Shown in pieces: positions 31,066 to 45,661 of a stretch of 64,000 nt of DNA. Positions within the stretch are counted from its first letter, which is position 1, and each line of letters starts with the position of its first letter. Under the pieces are notes generated by a model. That model did not search any database and was not told the DNA's origin. It saw nothing but the letters and a program-made list of their open reading frames with translations. Source of the stretch: Phoronis australis (taxonomy: Eukaryota; Animalia; Phoronida); NCBI GenBank assembly GCA_002633005.1, contig NMRA01000135.1, positions 803,681 to 867,680 on the forward strand, in the 5' to 3' direction. Position numbers and translations under genes: made by a program.

Positions 31066-34000
31066 TTACACGACGGGTCCATACTTCTCCGCACCTTGGT
31101 ATATGTCTGTTATCAGTTTCTCCATGGCTATCTCCCCAACTGTTCCCCGGAAGAACAGTCTCTCAAGGGTGGCGCTAGTGACTACCCGCAGGGAGGGCAG
31201 CAACAGCAGCAGTTTGCCAAATCTGGTCACTTGCCCTGGAAACTGATGACGTATGTAGTCGACCAACAGCAGTTGCGTGTGATCTTGAAAACTCTCGACT
31301 ATGAGACGATCGTGAAGGCCGAATGTTTCTGTGGAAACAGGGTGCCAGATGTTAGGAAGAAAATATGATAATTAACAAACAATTTTGGGTGGTGTTGTTT
31401 CCTAAAGTTCTGAGAAATTGTCTTCTGCTTGCTCATATTTCTCATTTATTGCAAGTCAAAATATCAATTTATCTAAGTTTTGTACTTTGAAAAATGACTT
31501 TGTAATATCTTTTATTGTTCGGAACAGTAGGTCTAAAACAGGATACCGGAAGACAAGTCATTTCATCTCTAGTTTGCATGATTTTTTTGTTGTTTTTATA
31601 ACTCAGATTCTTTTAACAAAGTTGGAGATTGTGGAATAAATTTAAAGGCCACAGTAATCACCAACTAGTGATTTTTAACTTACCTGGTCGAAATAAAATG
31701 ATGGCCTTGAGACAAGCATATTCTGTGGTGTCGATGGCAAATGCCTTAAAGCGGTCAGTGATGTCTTTTATATATCGTATGTCTGCCATTGCTGCGGCGA
31801 GTTTCTCTGAGTCGACATCTTGCGGTACAATTTTAGCGCAGTCGAGGATGCTACGTGCGTCCACTGGGATATTCCACTGAGCCATGCTGAGAATGAACAA
31901 ATCACGCCACGATTCTTCTAGCAGAGTAAGCTAAAAATAAAATACATTTGTTATTGAGAATCCTATCATGTAAGCAGCTCAGGTGAGTTTTGGTCGTACA
32001 CATGCATTTAATACGGTCGTGTGCACGAGATTACGAGCGACGTCACTGTCTTTATAACGAAACACTACATACTACGAACTTATTTAACTCAACGTCATCT
32101 TCATAAATCACTTCAATTTCCTGTGTAAGTAAAATGTAAGATAAGACCGCCTTCGATGCGACTGGGAGAACGTACAACTTCTTTGACAAAACGGGACCCA
32201 GGTGCCCAAGAAACGCACTCACTTTGGCTAGTCACGAGAATCAATTTAATTGAATGACAGTGGGTTTAAAATTGCATGGTTGCAGTACCTTACAATGTAC
32301 AAATGAAAAAGGATGCACTAATGATAAATATGACAGCGCACGGCGCACTCGTTATCAAACATTATTCAGTCTCTTGACCTGCTTGGTTGACCTACTTATA
32401 GTCTGAAGCAATTAACAAGGTTACCGAATTTTTTTAGTTCCAAGCTAAAGCGTAGTGACTAAATATACTCAAGGTTTTCAATAGAGTGCGGAAAAGATTC
32501 AAACAGAAGAACATTTCCAAATACATAATATTTTTAACTATAAAGCGAAATAATTTACTGACTCTGTAGTTGTCACACACCTTGAAAAAACTACCTTGCG
32601 TTTTCACAGGTTTTCTAGTTTTTACCATTTCCTTAAGTAGATTTGAGATTTTTAAAGAATTTTACATTACAATAGATTACGAGTGAGCGAAGGTTCTTAG
32701 GCCTTGAGCTGAGCTGTCGAGATAACCACTCCGTCATAAATGAATAATGGTTATGAACAGTATATGGAGTTCACTTGGGATTAAAAACAATCAATTTTTG
32801 TCCATTTACCTGGTCTGTAGAGGTCAATGTTCTGAATGACGGAACGTGTTTGACCCAATTAATGACTGAGAAGAGCAGACGAGCGGTCACCTCTTGCATT
32901 GACTCTTTACCACTAGGCGGCAGCATAGTCGTTCCCGCTCTTGGAATCACGAAGGCTGAATCTTCCGATTTCATAGCCAACCCGGATCTGCTATTCATTG
33001 GATTTTCCTGCAAGTGATTTTTTTTGTAATTTGTCTGTCCATCGTGCTTTTCATACAGCAAAAATAAAATGTCAGTATGAAAATATTATTCTGCATTACG
33101 TTTTCTCCAAAGAGGGCCATAAATGATTTGAATCTCCATTTTCTTGCTCTGTTTAGGCTGTTCATAAAATTGGTCTCATAGTATACCATAGTGTGGTAGG
33201 ATTCCATTTCCGTTACCAACGAGGCGCCATTTTCGCCTTGCAGTTGGATAACCCCAATAAATTCTGAAAAGTGTTCATGAGTCATGGCTCAGATGTCCTT
33301 GTTGGTAACCGTAATGTAATATTATCCCTATCAGGACAAGGCCAATTTTATGAGAGAAAAAGCCATTGAAGCGAGACGAAAAGCAGCTTCAGATTCATAT
33401 TACGTGCAAATCCGACTGACGAATATAGGCAAATTAAAGTTTTTAAGAATAGTCGCCGGAATAACGAGACTTCTTCATCTTTTGTTGCAACAACTGGCAG
33501 TGTGAGTAGAAACATTTAAGATGCTTTTTGTTGAACATAATTGAATTCGGAAGTCTTTGTCAAAATTAATCATGATTTCTCAACATGATATTATTGTGCA
33601 TTTTTGTGTTCAGCTTTTGAATTTCGTTCCGGTTACCGTATGTTTCCTACCTGGAAATGTTCCGCAGTCATTAACGAGTGCAGAAAACCCGCCTGGTAAG
33701 CCTGTTGGTATATTGACGCCACGAACGGTTCTGGCCGGGTACGGAAGTCAACGGGACTGATACTCTCCGGTAAGCTGGGACTGGACGAGGCAGATGTCAG
33801 GGAATCCGGTTTGCATTTAGGCTTCCGGGGTCCCCTTTCGTGTTGCACAGCTGGGAAACATCAAGGAATGCATTTAACATAAAAAGGTATATTCTACAAA
33901 TATATATTAGTCTTATTTTTAAAAGCCACCTGCAGCGCCATCTATAGTCATGTTTTGCTTCCTGTAGAACGTTTCCAGAGGGTTTTGACATGGCTATTTT

Positions 34001-37000
34001 TTTCTGTTTTTACTTTCACACGATGTACACAATGGACCGAGTAGAGTGTCTAGCTGCAGTATTGTTCAGCTTCATTCGTCAACGGCCTCAAACTTGATTC
34101 AGTTTCAGGTCCGTGGGTTTAAACAGGGTCCAATGTAAAACTCAAAAAGCACTGCTCCAGATTTTTATCTTTCCAATGACCAAAAATGGTTTTCCACTTC
34201 GCCATCCTTTTTGGGTAACTTAACTTTAAATCTTCGCCAGCAGAAATGAAAATTTGCTAAATCGGAAATTGATTTTGTAACTTAACCTTCAGCGCCCCTG
34301 TTGGACAAGGTGTCAAAACCAGGAGTAGCCACATACTGCAAAGGACAAGATATTTTTACGGCACTGTCTGGGTAATATATATTTTTTATTTACTCGTGTG
34401 GACGATTAAAACGTTACTTTTCAAGAAAGCTGGCACCACGTTACCGAATTAGAACCGATTGTTTCATTTTGAGGCCTATTCGCGTTTTGAGTGCATGGAA
34501 AAACCAAACGAAATCAGATACGTGTGCACGGAATTTTGTTGAATATAAAAAGCACGTTGTCAACATTCGGACAGGTGCTAACAATGACAATTATCTTGAG
34601 CAGTCGAAGATTGCAAACTTAAAATTGTAGTAATGCTTCCTCACCATCTTTATTCATGTTTGCCTCAAAGCAGCGCTTCAGTCGACATGCTCTGCATTGG
34701 TTTCGATGCGTTTTGTCTATGGGACATTGGCCTTTGTGATCGCCTTGAGCTTTGCAAGTGTAGAAACGTCCACGGTGAATGCTGCGTTTGAAGAAACCGG
34801 AACACCCTGCGAATTAAACAGCAGCTGTTGCAGATTGTGTAACAAAACGGCAATACGGAGACAATGGCGTCCTAATGAACACAATCAATTAGTGGTTTCC
34901 ACGGTTCACCATTTTTGCATTAATTAGTGACTTTCAGCAAAATTGCGCGCGCGTGGAAGTTTGAAGATTTTTGTTGAGAAATTTGTAATCAAAAGGCGAT
35001 TTTATGGTTACATGTATATTTTATTCAACTGAGACCTGAAACCACTGACTGATTCATGAAATCTCTTTTACAAAGTTTGGGAAATGTGAATCCTGACTAA
35101 CGCAGAGAAAAGCTATCCACTCTGAGATACAATGTCCACATGTTTTAGCTGAATAATGCCTTTATCTCTCAAGGAACCCACTTAATTATGCAAAAGTGAC
35201 AGAACCATTTTGTGAAATCACTAGAACACAGCGGGCTTGAATCTCATCAACACAATACAAGTAGGCTGAACATGTCAACACGATACATTACATGTTTCTG
35301 TAGTAGATAAAGCGCTTACCGTCACACGTATATATCCCGTAGTGTTTTCCAGAGCTTCGATCGCCGCATACTTTACAAGGTATGTCCAACAGTCGATCAC
35401 CTATGGAAATGTTAAACATTTTTTAATGAAGCAATTCTTCTGTTCGTTCATACGTTGCAAAAAGGTACAGTTCATAGGAGGGTTTTGAAAGCTTTCTACA
35501 GATTCGTACACATGGCGTTGTCGTAAATTGAATAAAAACGTTAAACTTTAAAATTTTCTAATAATTCCCACAACACATAATTAATTGTCGATGAGTAAAA
35601 GTACATCAGTGGTAGCAGTTACAAAGATTAAAGTTTTCATAAGCGGCTTCACAAATCCACTTGTTATATCTCGTTTGTTTGTTATGTATCGGATATCTAA
35701 GAACGCCGCGAACTTTTGACGTATTAGTTTTATAAGTAACGTGACAAACTTGTTCCTTAAAGTGTTGAAATGAAGTCAGTAAAATAACAGGTTCATGTCT
35801 TAAAGAAATATAGGCAAGACAGAATTCGTGAACGCGTCCCAAAAGAAAAATTTCCTTCAGACTTACATGTAGATCTATCGCGTCGAAAATAAGAATTGCG
35901 TCAACCAGTCACTGTTTAGAAGCAAGGAATGATCTACTGAGTGAATTTTCTGCCACGCTGAGGTCGAGATTTAAGAAAAATTAACATTATAATTCAATTC
36001 TGCTAACAGGGCATATCTCATTGCTACAGTGCTAACAAAAGTGTTTACAGCTTCGCCTCTACTTTTATGTTTACCGAATGCTTGTTTTTTCTAGAACTTG
36101 AACACTACACCTCCGAGGGATTCATTTTGAAAATTCTTAAGTGAGGGATCAAACAGGTCTATTATGACTACACTGGCATAACATGTACAATTCAATTAAA
36201 CCTAATGAGGCGTACATCCTATGAGCTGTGTTCTCTTTGTTTTGTGTATACCAGGCTAAAGACAGTAGTCTTCGATTTTAATTATGTGTTCAAGCAAATA
36301 TCAGCTGACTTGGTCCTTTGTTTGCGCCATTGATTTGTTGTTGTCGAGGGTTTTAATTAACGGCCAGGTCTGCTCAGTATTGTCGCGGGCTTAAAAGTTA
36401 ACCGACATTCTCATTAATAACCTAAATCATATGTAGAAAATATTCTTCAATTGACCATATTCCTTTCTCATTTACCGCGTTTACCCTTGCTCGACACCTA
36501 ACGACACATTGTATCGTGTTGGCTTAATCACCCTTGCACGCAGTGCTTGACATCGAAGTACGCGTAGCTTCAATAATTTCAGTTACGACTGTGGACCCAG
36601 ACAAGAAATTTCAGGCCCAGTCATGTTGATTGACCCATATATCAAATATTGTGACCAGAAACTTTTTTTCTTGTAATTAGATCTACGACAACGAAAAATT
36701 TCCATTTCACGATTATGTGCCATTTTCCATTTTCTTAGTCCGTGCTCTGCTTTTCGTTAGGTTTCAAAACCTTTCCGTCCACGCGTAACGTTTTCGTATC
36801 ATTTAGATTACCATTCACAAGACGGTATTTCTTGAAAATTTAACGTTTTCGACGTCAACATGAATACAGCAAATTTGAGCTTTAAAAATTCATTAAGAAG
36901 GACATTTTAAATTGTTTCGGTTGCCGTTTTTACATACAGATGAAGAGTTCCTGTTACTACGCACTAACTACGTGGCGCGCCCTCTTTAGGAAGATATCTC

Positions 37001-40000
37001 TTGCAGTGTCCGGCTTGTTGACGCAACTAGTTCGATTATTGGTGTATTTGGCGATCAATACATACAATCTGGGTAAGGCAGGTATGTCTGGTATTACAGA
37101 TCTATTGATGACGTATCTTCAGATGTCTTAACATACCGAAAGGCATATTTTCTATGTATCTGAGCTATACTTGTTTAATTACATTTTCTCCGTATCATGC
37201 TTCGGCACATAAACCAGTAGTGTGACACAGCGTCCCCATACGTCAGAACTCACACCGGACGTATTATGCAGCAAATGGGAAGTTTCACCAGTGCAGTCTC
37301 GTTAAACTTCTTATCTGCCTTCTTAACGCCGTCCCAAAACCAGAAGGTAGATATTTCTGCCTGCTTACATTGGGATGGCTAGTACACTCCATCGATTGAT
37401 GCGACTGTCTTGTGGTTAGGAATCTTTTTTGTTGCCCATGGGGATCCCACGTGCTGGCCATAATATTAACATTTACCATGACAATTACTCGTGAGATGGC
37501 AATCATCCCGACACTATTGCAAAGGTTTAACACGGCGGCTCATCTGCCTTTCGATCAGATGCCGACGATCTCTCTGTAGCTGCCTTCTTATAAAAAAATC
37601 AAATCTGAACGCGGTCTGAAACTGGCCAAAAAGAATTCCCTCGCGGTGAAGTCTTAATATTATTGCACGATTACCGTCACTGTAGTTAGGATGACTTTAA
37701 GAAGAGCTTAGAAATATGTACAAGCTGTTGGTAATACGAAATTTCTCACAAAAGTGGAAACGGTCTACTCCAAACAGACTCTGTCGTTGAATTAACGGTC
37801 CATGCCAGAGGCTTTTCTATTGTGCTGCTAAGACCACTTAATCGGGTTTGGAAGGCAAATGTCAATGGCTATTTCTCGTTAAGCAGTCAACAGCTGACAA
37901 GTTTCTGAAGCCTCACTTAAGGATTTTTCTTAATCTATTGACTTCGCAGTTTATCTCGCGCGAATAGTTTCAATTACGTTTGAATTACTTCCTTACACAA
38001 GTGCAATACTTTCAGTTTCAAACAGCTACACTCTCATCTTGCTGTTTCGACTTAAATGCTGTTCTTGTTTTCATCTAACAAGCTGTTTTCTCACACGTAA
38101 ATCTGCTTACTGAAATATTTTGGAAGTGAAAAATACGTTTGGAAAACATGTTCTAGTCCATGTGTGTATGTACGTACATTACTCAGTTCTATATCAGGTG
38201 CTTCCCTCAAGAAAAAGCGGGGGTATGGTCAGCGGGTATACCAGCAAATTTTTACTTTACAAGGACACACTCCTGGCTTGATTCGAGACGTTCATAGCTT
38301 CACACCGCCGATTTGGATTTTTGTAAATCAGTGCCCGGGGTCCAATTTTGTACTCGCAATCAAGTTCGAAATTATTTTTCATAAATTTCTTTTTGCATTG
38401 TACTTTCGATTTGAAGATAAGAGTCTATTACTATTTGATCGTGTGAATGTCTGCCTAGCCGGAACTTCATTTTCTTGGACTAAATCCTGGAATCAGAACT
38501 CAAAATGTCAAGCTTTCATTCGAGTTTGTAGCTCAAATCTAGAGGTCACCAAGCGCAAACTTGCAAAATGTGTAATGTACTAGAGCACGCAACCATAAAC
38601 GCTTACCTGGAGTTCGGACAAAAGCAGACCGAAACGAAAACATTAAAAATGATTTCGGTTTCGAAATTCCATTTCTGAACTCGAATTCGAACTGTTCGTT
38701 TTAACATTTTCTCAAAATAAATGTTTTCCGTTTTGTACACGAACACATTAGGCCTATGAGTTATATGCAAATGAGATTAATTATAAAATAATCCAGACCC
38801 ATTTGAGCTGACTCCCAACACTCAAGCAATATTTCCAAGTTCAGTTGAATAAAAAATTTCCAGTTAAAGCTTGAGTTCGTAGCTTGAATTTCGGGTCCAC
38901 GCTCAAGGACAAACATTTTGGACAATGTCACGAACAGGAAGGACCGATTGGTCAAGTTGCCCAGATCCGGTTTTTAATCGACTCTCGGCTTTAGATTTTT
39001 TCTGGCTTGCCAGATACTGCCTCCAAAATGTCAGAGTTTTGTCTTCTGCAAAATTACAGTAATCAGACTGCCGGTCATCTAAAAATTTCGCCTCATTAAT
39101 TTGCGCTTTCGATAATTATCCAGGAGTTGTACTCTTCCCTGCGCGTTATTTGTTCACACACTTTAACTCCACTATACAGTGGCACATCTTATTCTAAACA
39201 AGTTGTCGACATGCTAATGATTTCTCGAGTGTCGAATAAGACTTAAGTCAAAGAAATCAAACACGTTTGTCAATGATGTGGGTTAGTTAATTAGTGTCTC
39301 TAACTTTTGTCAAGACGCTTTCGAGAGTAGCGTTCCAGTAATTAGTTGTAGAATGAATAACTGTGCATTGCCACACGAATAAAAGGAAAGCTCAGCTTTA
39401 CCTTAAATCTGAAAAAATAGAAAATCTTGTCATATCCGTGTAAATTCGTATGATCGGGAATACTTTAACAAGTAGTTTTGTGTAGTCGCCATAGTTATTA
39501 TAATAAAAGGTACAAAGGTAACCAGACAGTCGTGAAGGATACATGTACGTGTACTCGCTAAATGTTCAGTAACTGGTACATACGTTTTTTTACCAGGATT
39601 GTCGTTGTTTTTGTTGTTAAGTAATATATAAGGACACATTATGTGACAACCGTTTTATGTTAAAAAGCAAAATGAAATATCTAGCCTTTTAAGATAAAGT
39701 GAAAGTTTCAGTTGTTCAACGAGACTAAGTTATAGAGAATGTATCAACATTTTAAAGCTAAATGTTAAACTTAAACTTGTCTCAGTTGGCAAGCCCGTAA
39801 TGACGTGATCTACTATATATTGTAATTGCTTAACTTACCAAACGCAGACGACATTGGCAAACATAAGCTTTTATCAGTAAAAGTTAAATACAAAATGAAA
39901 ACTATTCGTTTGCAGGGCTACATATGTTTAGTTGTCTTTTTGTTTGCTCTAAAAGGATAAAGTCAGCTTCGGGCAGTGGTCTGCATAACAAATCTACAGA

Positions 40001-40182
40001 AAACACTGCAGTTGTACATGTAAGTATCGACACAATACAGTTAAACACATAACATCAATTAAGCACTTAGAATATAATAGTTATAAAGTTCACAGGAAAA
40101 TTATAAACATTCCTATTACGTTAAGGGACACATAAAACTGAATAATTATAAGGAGCAAGCAGGGCGCCTCTGACTTACCCAT
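31066..40182 (-). CDS. dsf: Nuclear receptor of subfamily NR2E, dissatisfaction (dsf) type, 384 aa
   Basis: Exons 40182-40179 (ATGG, inferred), 35400-35320, 34806-34645, 33850-33651, 33007-32810, 31930-31684, 31328-31066 (1155 nt, in frame). DBD: [107 protein letters not shown], CKAxGDxKG and ERGPRKPK are dsf-like rather than TLX or PNR. LBD: [50 protein letters not shown]. Confidence 0.92.
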
Positions 40183-40234
40183 TATGGTCGTCTCACAGCT
40201 AGGAAGCCAACAGTTCCTTGGGATTACAATGTAA

Positions 40235-40275
40235 ACACTGCCGGGCCGCTTTTAGGTCGACCGAGTTTTATAGCA
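40235..40275 (-). promoter_or_regulatory. Candidate TATA box plus initiator for dsf
   Basis: Minus-strand TATAAAA at 40272-40266, a CAGT initiator-like motif at 40240-40237, then ATGG|GTAAGT at 40182-40173. Confidence 0.5.
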
Positions 40276-41367
40276 TGGGAAACAAAACAAGTGGTCGAAG
40301 CCAATAATCCCTTATGATCGCCTACTGCATACCAACTATTGGTATCGATTTAAGGCCTGATAGTTTTTCAATGTAACTTAATATTGACACCAAAGACATT
40401 TATCTTTTTCATCAGCCGCTCTCCAGAATAGTTGCCGCAAAAGGCAGACGACGAGAGTAGGCAGATTTTCTACCAAAATGAGACCCGAGGAGCCCAGCAC
40501 AGCTCATGGTGGATGAGTATCTCATCGCTTTTCACAGTTGTGGGTGTGCATATGGACAAGCGTCGTCCCACAAAGTTGCCGATGCACGCGCACATTAGAT
40601 GGAGTAACTGAAAAGGAGACCAGTTTTGTTTCAGAATCAAAGGCGGATACAGTTTTTTACGACAAAAGGAGATCCAAGTAAAACGACAGGTTTCTGAAGA
40701 AAATTCTACATCAGACACAATGAGTAGAAAACCGGCAATGAAGTTTAGTGTCGTGATTTCTGCGTCCAGCGGCCTATACTCATGAGCAAACAATATAAAT
40801 TTTCTACTGATTTTCCCGTAGTTTTATTTGTACTTTGGCTAGTGATCCAGTCTAAATTTGTGCATGATGATCAGTAGATTCGAGCTACACACGCGGAAAA
40901 AACGCAAGATTCCTAGTTCAGACTCGAAATCGTGCATTTAATGCTGGGGACACTAAGTGCAAAATAAGCCGATCCGTGTAAACCATGATGTATTCAAGCA
41001 GAGAATAATGGATACTTATCAAGAGTTCACAGAAAGTAAAACAGAAAAAGATAAAAATAATTTCGAGTTTTATTTCCGTTGTAAGGTTTACTGAGACCCC
41101 AGGTTCAGCCGGTAATTTAACGTTCCCTGTCACCTGTCAACAAAGGCCCAAGTCCACAAATTTTACCCAAATCTTTCCTGAAAATATCAGTCCATTTTGA
41201 GCATGTATGTATGGTATTTAACGTCGTTTCGGAAACTCTGTAGAAAAGGACCTTATGACATTAACCGTTTCAATCGATAAAACAATGCTTCTGTTTTGCG
41301 GAGTTACTATATGGACCAAATTTTACAGTGGTCAAATTTCTGCAGCTTTCACAGTGGAGAATAAGGG

Positions 41368-41522
41368 GGTGGCGGATTTAGGGGGTCAAGGGGGCCGTGG
41401 CCCCCCTAAAATTCTCCCAGTTTCCATTTAGCAGCTCGGGGATGCGAATGTCCGACTGGTAAAATCTGGTATAATATTCCGCCTTGCCCTCCCCCCAACT
41501 CAAAATCCTGGACCCGCCCTTG
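41368..41522 (-). mobile_element. MITE family B, short degenerate copy
   Basis: GTGGCGGATTTAGGGGG..CCCCCTAAAATT..AACTCAAAATCCTGGACCCGCCC is the reverse complement of the family B copies. Termini mutated. Confidence 0.7.
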
Positions 41523-44500
41523 TAAAGTATAACGTTTCAAAGTAAAATCCTCATTCGACATTATGCTTTATTGAACAAATATTTTGCAAAACCATACTCC
41601 TAATAAACACATTACTAGGGTGTAAACAAAGGCTGTTACATGTACATGTACGCTGTGGTCGTGAAACAACGAATTTCAGTTAGAAGAGCGTAGTGAGAAC
41701 TAAGCGCAACCGCATATGTTCAACAGGGGACGCTAGTGTACTCCACAGTGTCCCACCTTCTGTCGTTACAGTATTGCGGCCCGACGACCGGTTGCCATCG
41801 ATTTCGCGGATCGAAAGCTCTTTCCACCACGTCCTGGAAAGTTTCTGTTAGTTGAACATTCAGTACTGTACCTCTTGTCCTCCGTTGCTACGCCAGTGGT
41901 ACTGAGCGACTCTATGATGTCACGGTGGTCGATCCAGAGTCAAGGAATACCGCCAATCCAAAACAGGGTCAAATATTCTTACGCCAGATTAAGTACTTTA
42001 ATAAGCACCAAGCATCAAAAGAAAGCTCCTAGAAGTCTTGTATACTCCTTGAATAATTAATGGATTGTCAATATGTAAAATCACCCAGTGACAAAAAGTA
42101 ATTTTCTGCATTAATTAGACTTTATTGACATGCTATTGACAGCTTAGCACGTTCAAAGTTGACCGCAGTTACCAGCCTGGATCCAAGTCATCAACGAGAC
42201 AAAAGTCAAATAGAAAATCTATTAACTTAAGTGTGTGGGTATGAATGGATCTCTCGGAATGTTTGAAATTTCCAGGTGAGACACCGACAGAACAATTGGT
42301 CAAGCGAAGGTTAATAGACAAATCACAACGACTATAGTCGTCATCGATTACTCTTGATTCTCAAAAGGTGAACGGATACGCACCCGAATCACCAAAACGA
42401 CCAATTGAACAACCAGAATTAATAGTTTTGGTACATATGTCGAACATCACTTTCTTATATTAAAAACAGTTTTGTCTATGATCGTTATAGTAATTGCTGG
42501 TAAAATGTTACTGGATGAGTTCAAGGGGGAAATTTCTACTACACAAACATCTACAAGCTCTTGACGGTGAGACCTGAATATGTCCGTGGATCACTTGTAC
42601 TCATATGAAATAATCATATATTGATTATCTTATCGTGACTTCGGTATTCATTAGTAGTCCAGATATTACCCAAGTTAACCTGCCACTAATTTTAATAGAA
42701 TTTACATAAACGGTTAGCGACACAGAAATGCTTGCTTTTTCTAACAAAAAATCAATTGAGGAGAAGTTGCGAAAAACGACGTTTTTATATTACGGGGGTT
42801 CTCCACAGTCTTAATTCATCCTTGATTTTTTTTAATTTTCATATTTTGTTTTTTGGTCTTTATCTTCTACATAAGAGCAAAAAATAATGGAGGTCACCGA
42901 ATTAGTTTCTGTTACATCCCTCTAAACAAATGCATCTCCGGCAAAGACGTGGCATTTAAATGGGTTGCTGGAAAACCACCTCTAATTAAATTAGTGATTG
43001 AAATCCTTTTGTTGTACTTTGTCAGTTTTATGTATGACGTTTTTAATAATATATCCCGGTTTGCTAATTTTCTTACGTCGTCGCAGGCAAATGTCTAAAC
43101 TTTTTATGGATTTTGAATACCCCAAATTTTAAAAAGCGCTTTGACTTTTACACAAACAATTACACACTTAAATTTTCTATTATGTTTTTGATACCTATGT
43201 TTTTTTCAATGAAATAATATAAATAGGGGACCATTGACTTCAACTTTGAGCTATTTTAGCACAAACAGCGTCATTTAAGAATGTGTACAGTTTGATCTTC
43301 TGAAAAGCGCGCCAATTTCAAGATCACCTGCCCAGCTGCATTTCACTGAATGGCGATGGGGATTGTGATATAAGTTGAGTTGATGTGAGCAATCTAAGAC
43401 AAGAAGTTTCTTCTAATAAATCCAAAACTGCGGTTCGATTTAAATCTCACCTAGTGTCTTACGTCGCCTGTTGTTTAGTATGACGTCATTGTGAAACTTG
43501 ATGACGCACGTTGGTTTGTTTAGTATGACGTCATTTCGACGTTTGGGACCCAGTAAAATAAAATACCAACATTGAAAATAATAACAATTAGGCCAGATTT
43601 ACGTAGTGCCATAAATTAGTAAGCATTTTGAAATTATTACCTGACTATAAACCTGGTCAATCGTAATCTTTAACTTCCCAGGAGTATACGGCTGGGGGAA
43701 ACCGTTGTCGGAGCACATCCTCAATTTTGTAAAAACACCACTGCTTTCCTGAATCGGAAAAAATCACATACCTGCAAAATTTCTGAATTATTTGTTGATA
43801 CAAATCGCGTCATATTAGTAGCGGAGAGGTCATCACTAAACATCCGAATTATTAATCGCCAAATAACAAAATAATCAAAGCAAAATCAATAGTTTTCATG
43901 AGATAGTCAATGTCGTAAAATAACGCTGGTTTACGACTATTGGAAAACTGTGTCAAATTCCCTAAGGGGGCACAGAACTGTTCTCACCGGGGCTTGCCTA
44001 TCATAACACACGTCAATGGACTCTTCACCTTTTTTTCACCCTACTGCGTGCAAAGAAACAAAAGTTTTGAGTCATTTCACATCACAAGCCCTACAGATGA
44101 GCACAGAAACTTTATTCTCTGTTGTAATTTTGACCCTTTCACTCCCACTGAAAACTAAGCTAGACTAAGAAAAATATGGGCAAAAAACTCAAAATCGGCA
44201 TAGTTTACCTCAAAACCACCACTTTCCTGCCGATGCTCGACTAAAGCCAACATTAAATTCCGAAAGCAAACTTCCTACCAATTCCAAATTGTGGTCTAAA
44301 AGTAGTCAACCAACTAGTTTTTCTGAAAGTTTGGCTTGTTTGAGGGCTACCTGAAATCATGGCCAATTTCTCAGTTGCTACCCAGCAATGCACAATTGCA
44401 ACAAAGGGCCGCCATCTTGAAGATGAGTGCAGGTACAGCCAAGGGAGTGGTATTTTTTCATTCTCAACATGTTCACAAATACAAACAAACCACATTCACT

Positions 44501-45340
44501 TGGCCTACATATAATACCTGGCCTACCCTTAGATTTTAATATTTTGGGAGTGCAAATTTGCCGCGGCCGCAGTCTAACTGTTCAACGCCACCTAAGCATT
44601 TTTGGGGTTTCATAACGACTGAACGATCGCACTTCTAATTCCATAATGGAAAAACGCAGTAACTCGTATAATTTGAGGCTCCTGTCACTGGCTGAAACTA
44701 GCTGATAGTTGCTGGACTCAAACTTGACGAATAATTTTGTACGTTACACATCCAAACATTTATCCGGGTACAGTCGCCATTGTTTTGTTTACATCAAAGG
44801 TCAAAGGTCACACTTTCCATATAAGGAAAATGTAGGACAAAAATCGAAGAAAGTTCACTGGTCGTTTTTTGTAATTTAAAACTAAAATAAAATTGCTTTG
44901 AATTCAATAGAAATTCAAAATCTTTACGAACAAATCGTAAAAATGCCTGGTCACAGGTTGAATTAAGTTTCAGTAGCAGACAACCTTTTTGAATAGGGTT
45001 GTTAAAAAAACCTCGACTCCCACACGCCACAACCCCTTCGACCCACGACCCCCTCGACCAACGGCCCACAACCCCTCAACCCAGTCTACACAAGCTCGAC
45101 CGGATCTGAACATAGCACAAGTGCTGACTTGCAAGACCAATGAGTCGAGATGTGAGCTCAGCTGGCTTTTTTTGCAATTAAGAGAGTCGATTCGGCAAGT
45201 TTGAAAGCCAAAAACAGAAAAAAAAACAACGCGATCAAATCAAAGACCTACCAACCTTACAAATGTCGTTCCCGGCATAGTATAATCGTCTCGTCTGCTC
45301 TTCAGTGAATGACAGATTCAAGTTATAAGAAGTAAGTTAT

Positions 45341-45645
45341 TGTAGCAAATGTCGAGGTCAGTCTCGGCTGTGGCGTCTCTATGTTGTGATGTCCTTTTCG
45401 TGGCAATGTTGGTCATGGCCTGGTGCGACATCTGACGCCAGAAGAGCCCAGCCGAGGTCACCCTGCTATCATGTGACCGTCACCCTTCAAGACCACGTGA
45501 CAAGATCTTCTGGCTCTTCTGGAGTTCGCTGCCGTCCTGTACGGACGTAATGTGAGTATACTCCGGACTTTGCTCTTGCACCGCGTTAATAGGCCCGAAC
45601 CTGTGTGTCTGCTTTTGGCCAGCCGACCCCTTTTTTATTACAACA
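45341..45645 (+). repeat. 5-prime LTR (305 bp)
   Basis: Direct repeat of 50278-50579 with TG..CA ends. Confidence 0.95.
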
Positions 45646-45647
45646 TT

Positions 45648-45661
45648 TGGCGTAGTCGGCA
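45648..45661 (+). other. Primer-binding site complementary to the tRNA-Ser 3-prime end
   Basis: TGGCGTAGTCGGCA lies 2 nt after the LTR. It is the reverse complement of ..TGCCGACTACG-CCA, the 3-prime end of eukaryotic tRNA-Ser(AGA). Confidence 0.85.

Noticed and set aside
33930-34310. Two CTCF-like motifs (CAGCGCCATCTATAG, CAGCGCCCCTGTTGG) in a dsf intron
   Set aside because: Short matches that are also common inside invertebrate DNA transposons. No independent support.
31066-40182. Calling the receptor tailless/TLX (NR2E1) or PNR (NR2E3)
   Set aside because: [14 protein letters not shown] and [10 protein letters not shown] match the dsf type. TLX has RSIRR and ERGPRxST. A phylogeny would confirm.
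44798-44810. Perfect DR1 nuclear-receptor element AGGTCAAAGGTCA upstream of dsf (a similar one lies near 22890)
   Set aside because: It lies in repeat-like sequence, and NR2E receptors prefer AAGTCA half-sites, so autoregulation cannot be argued.
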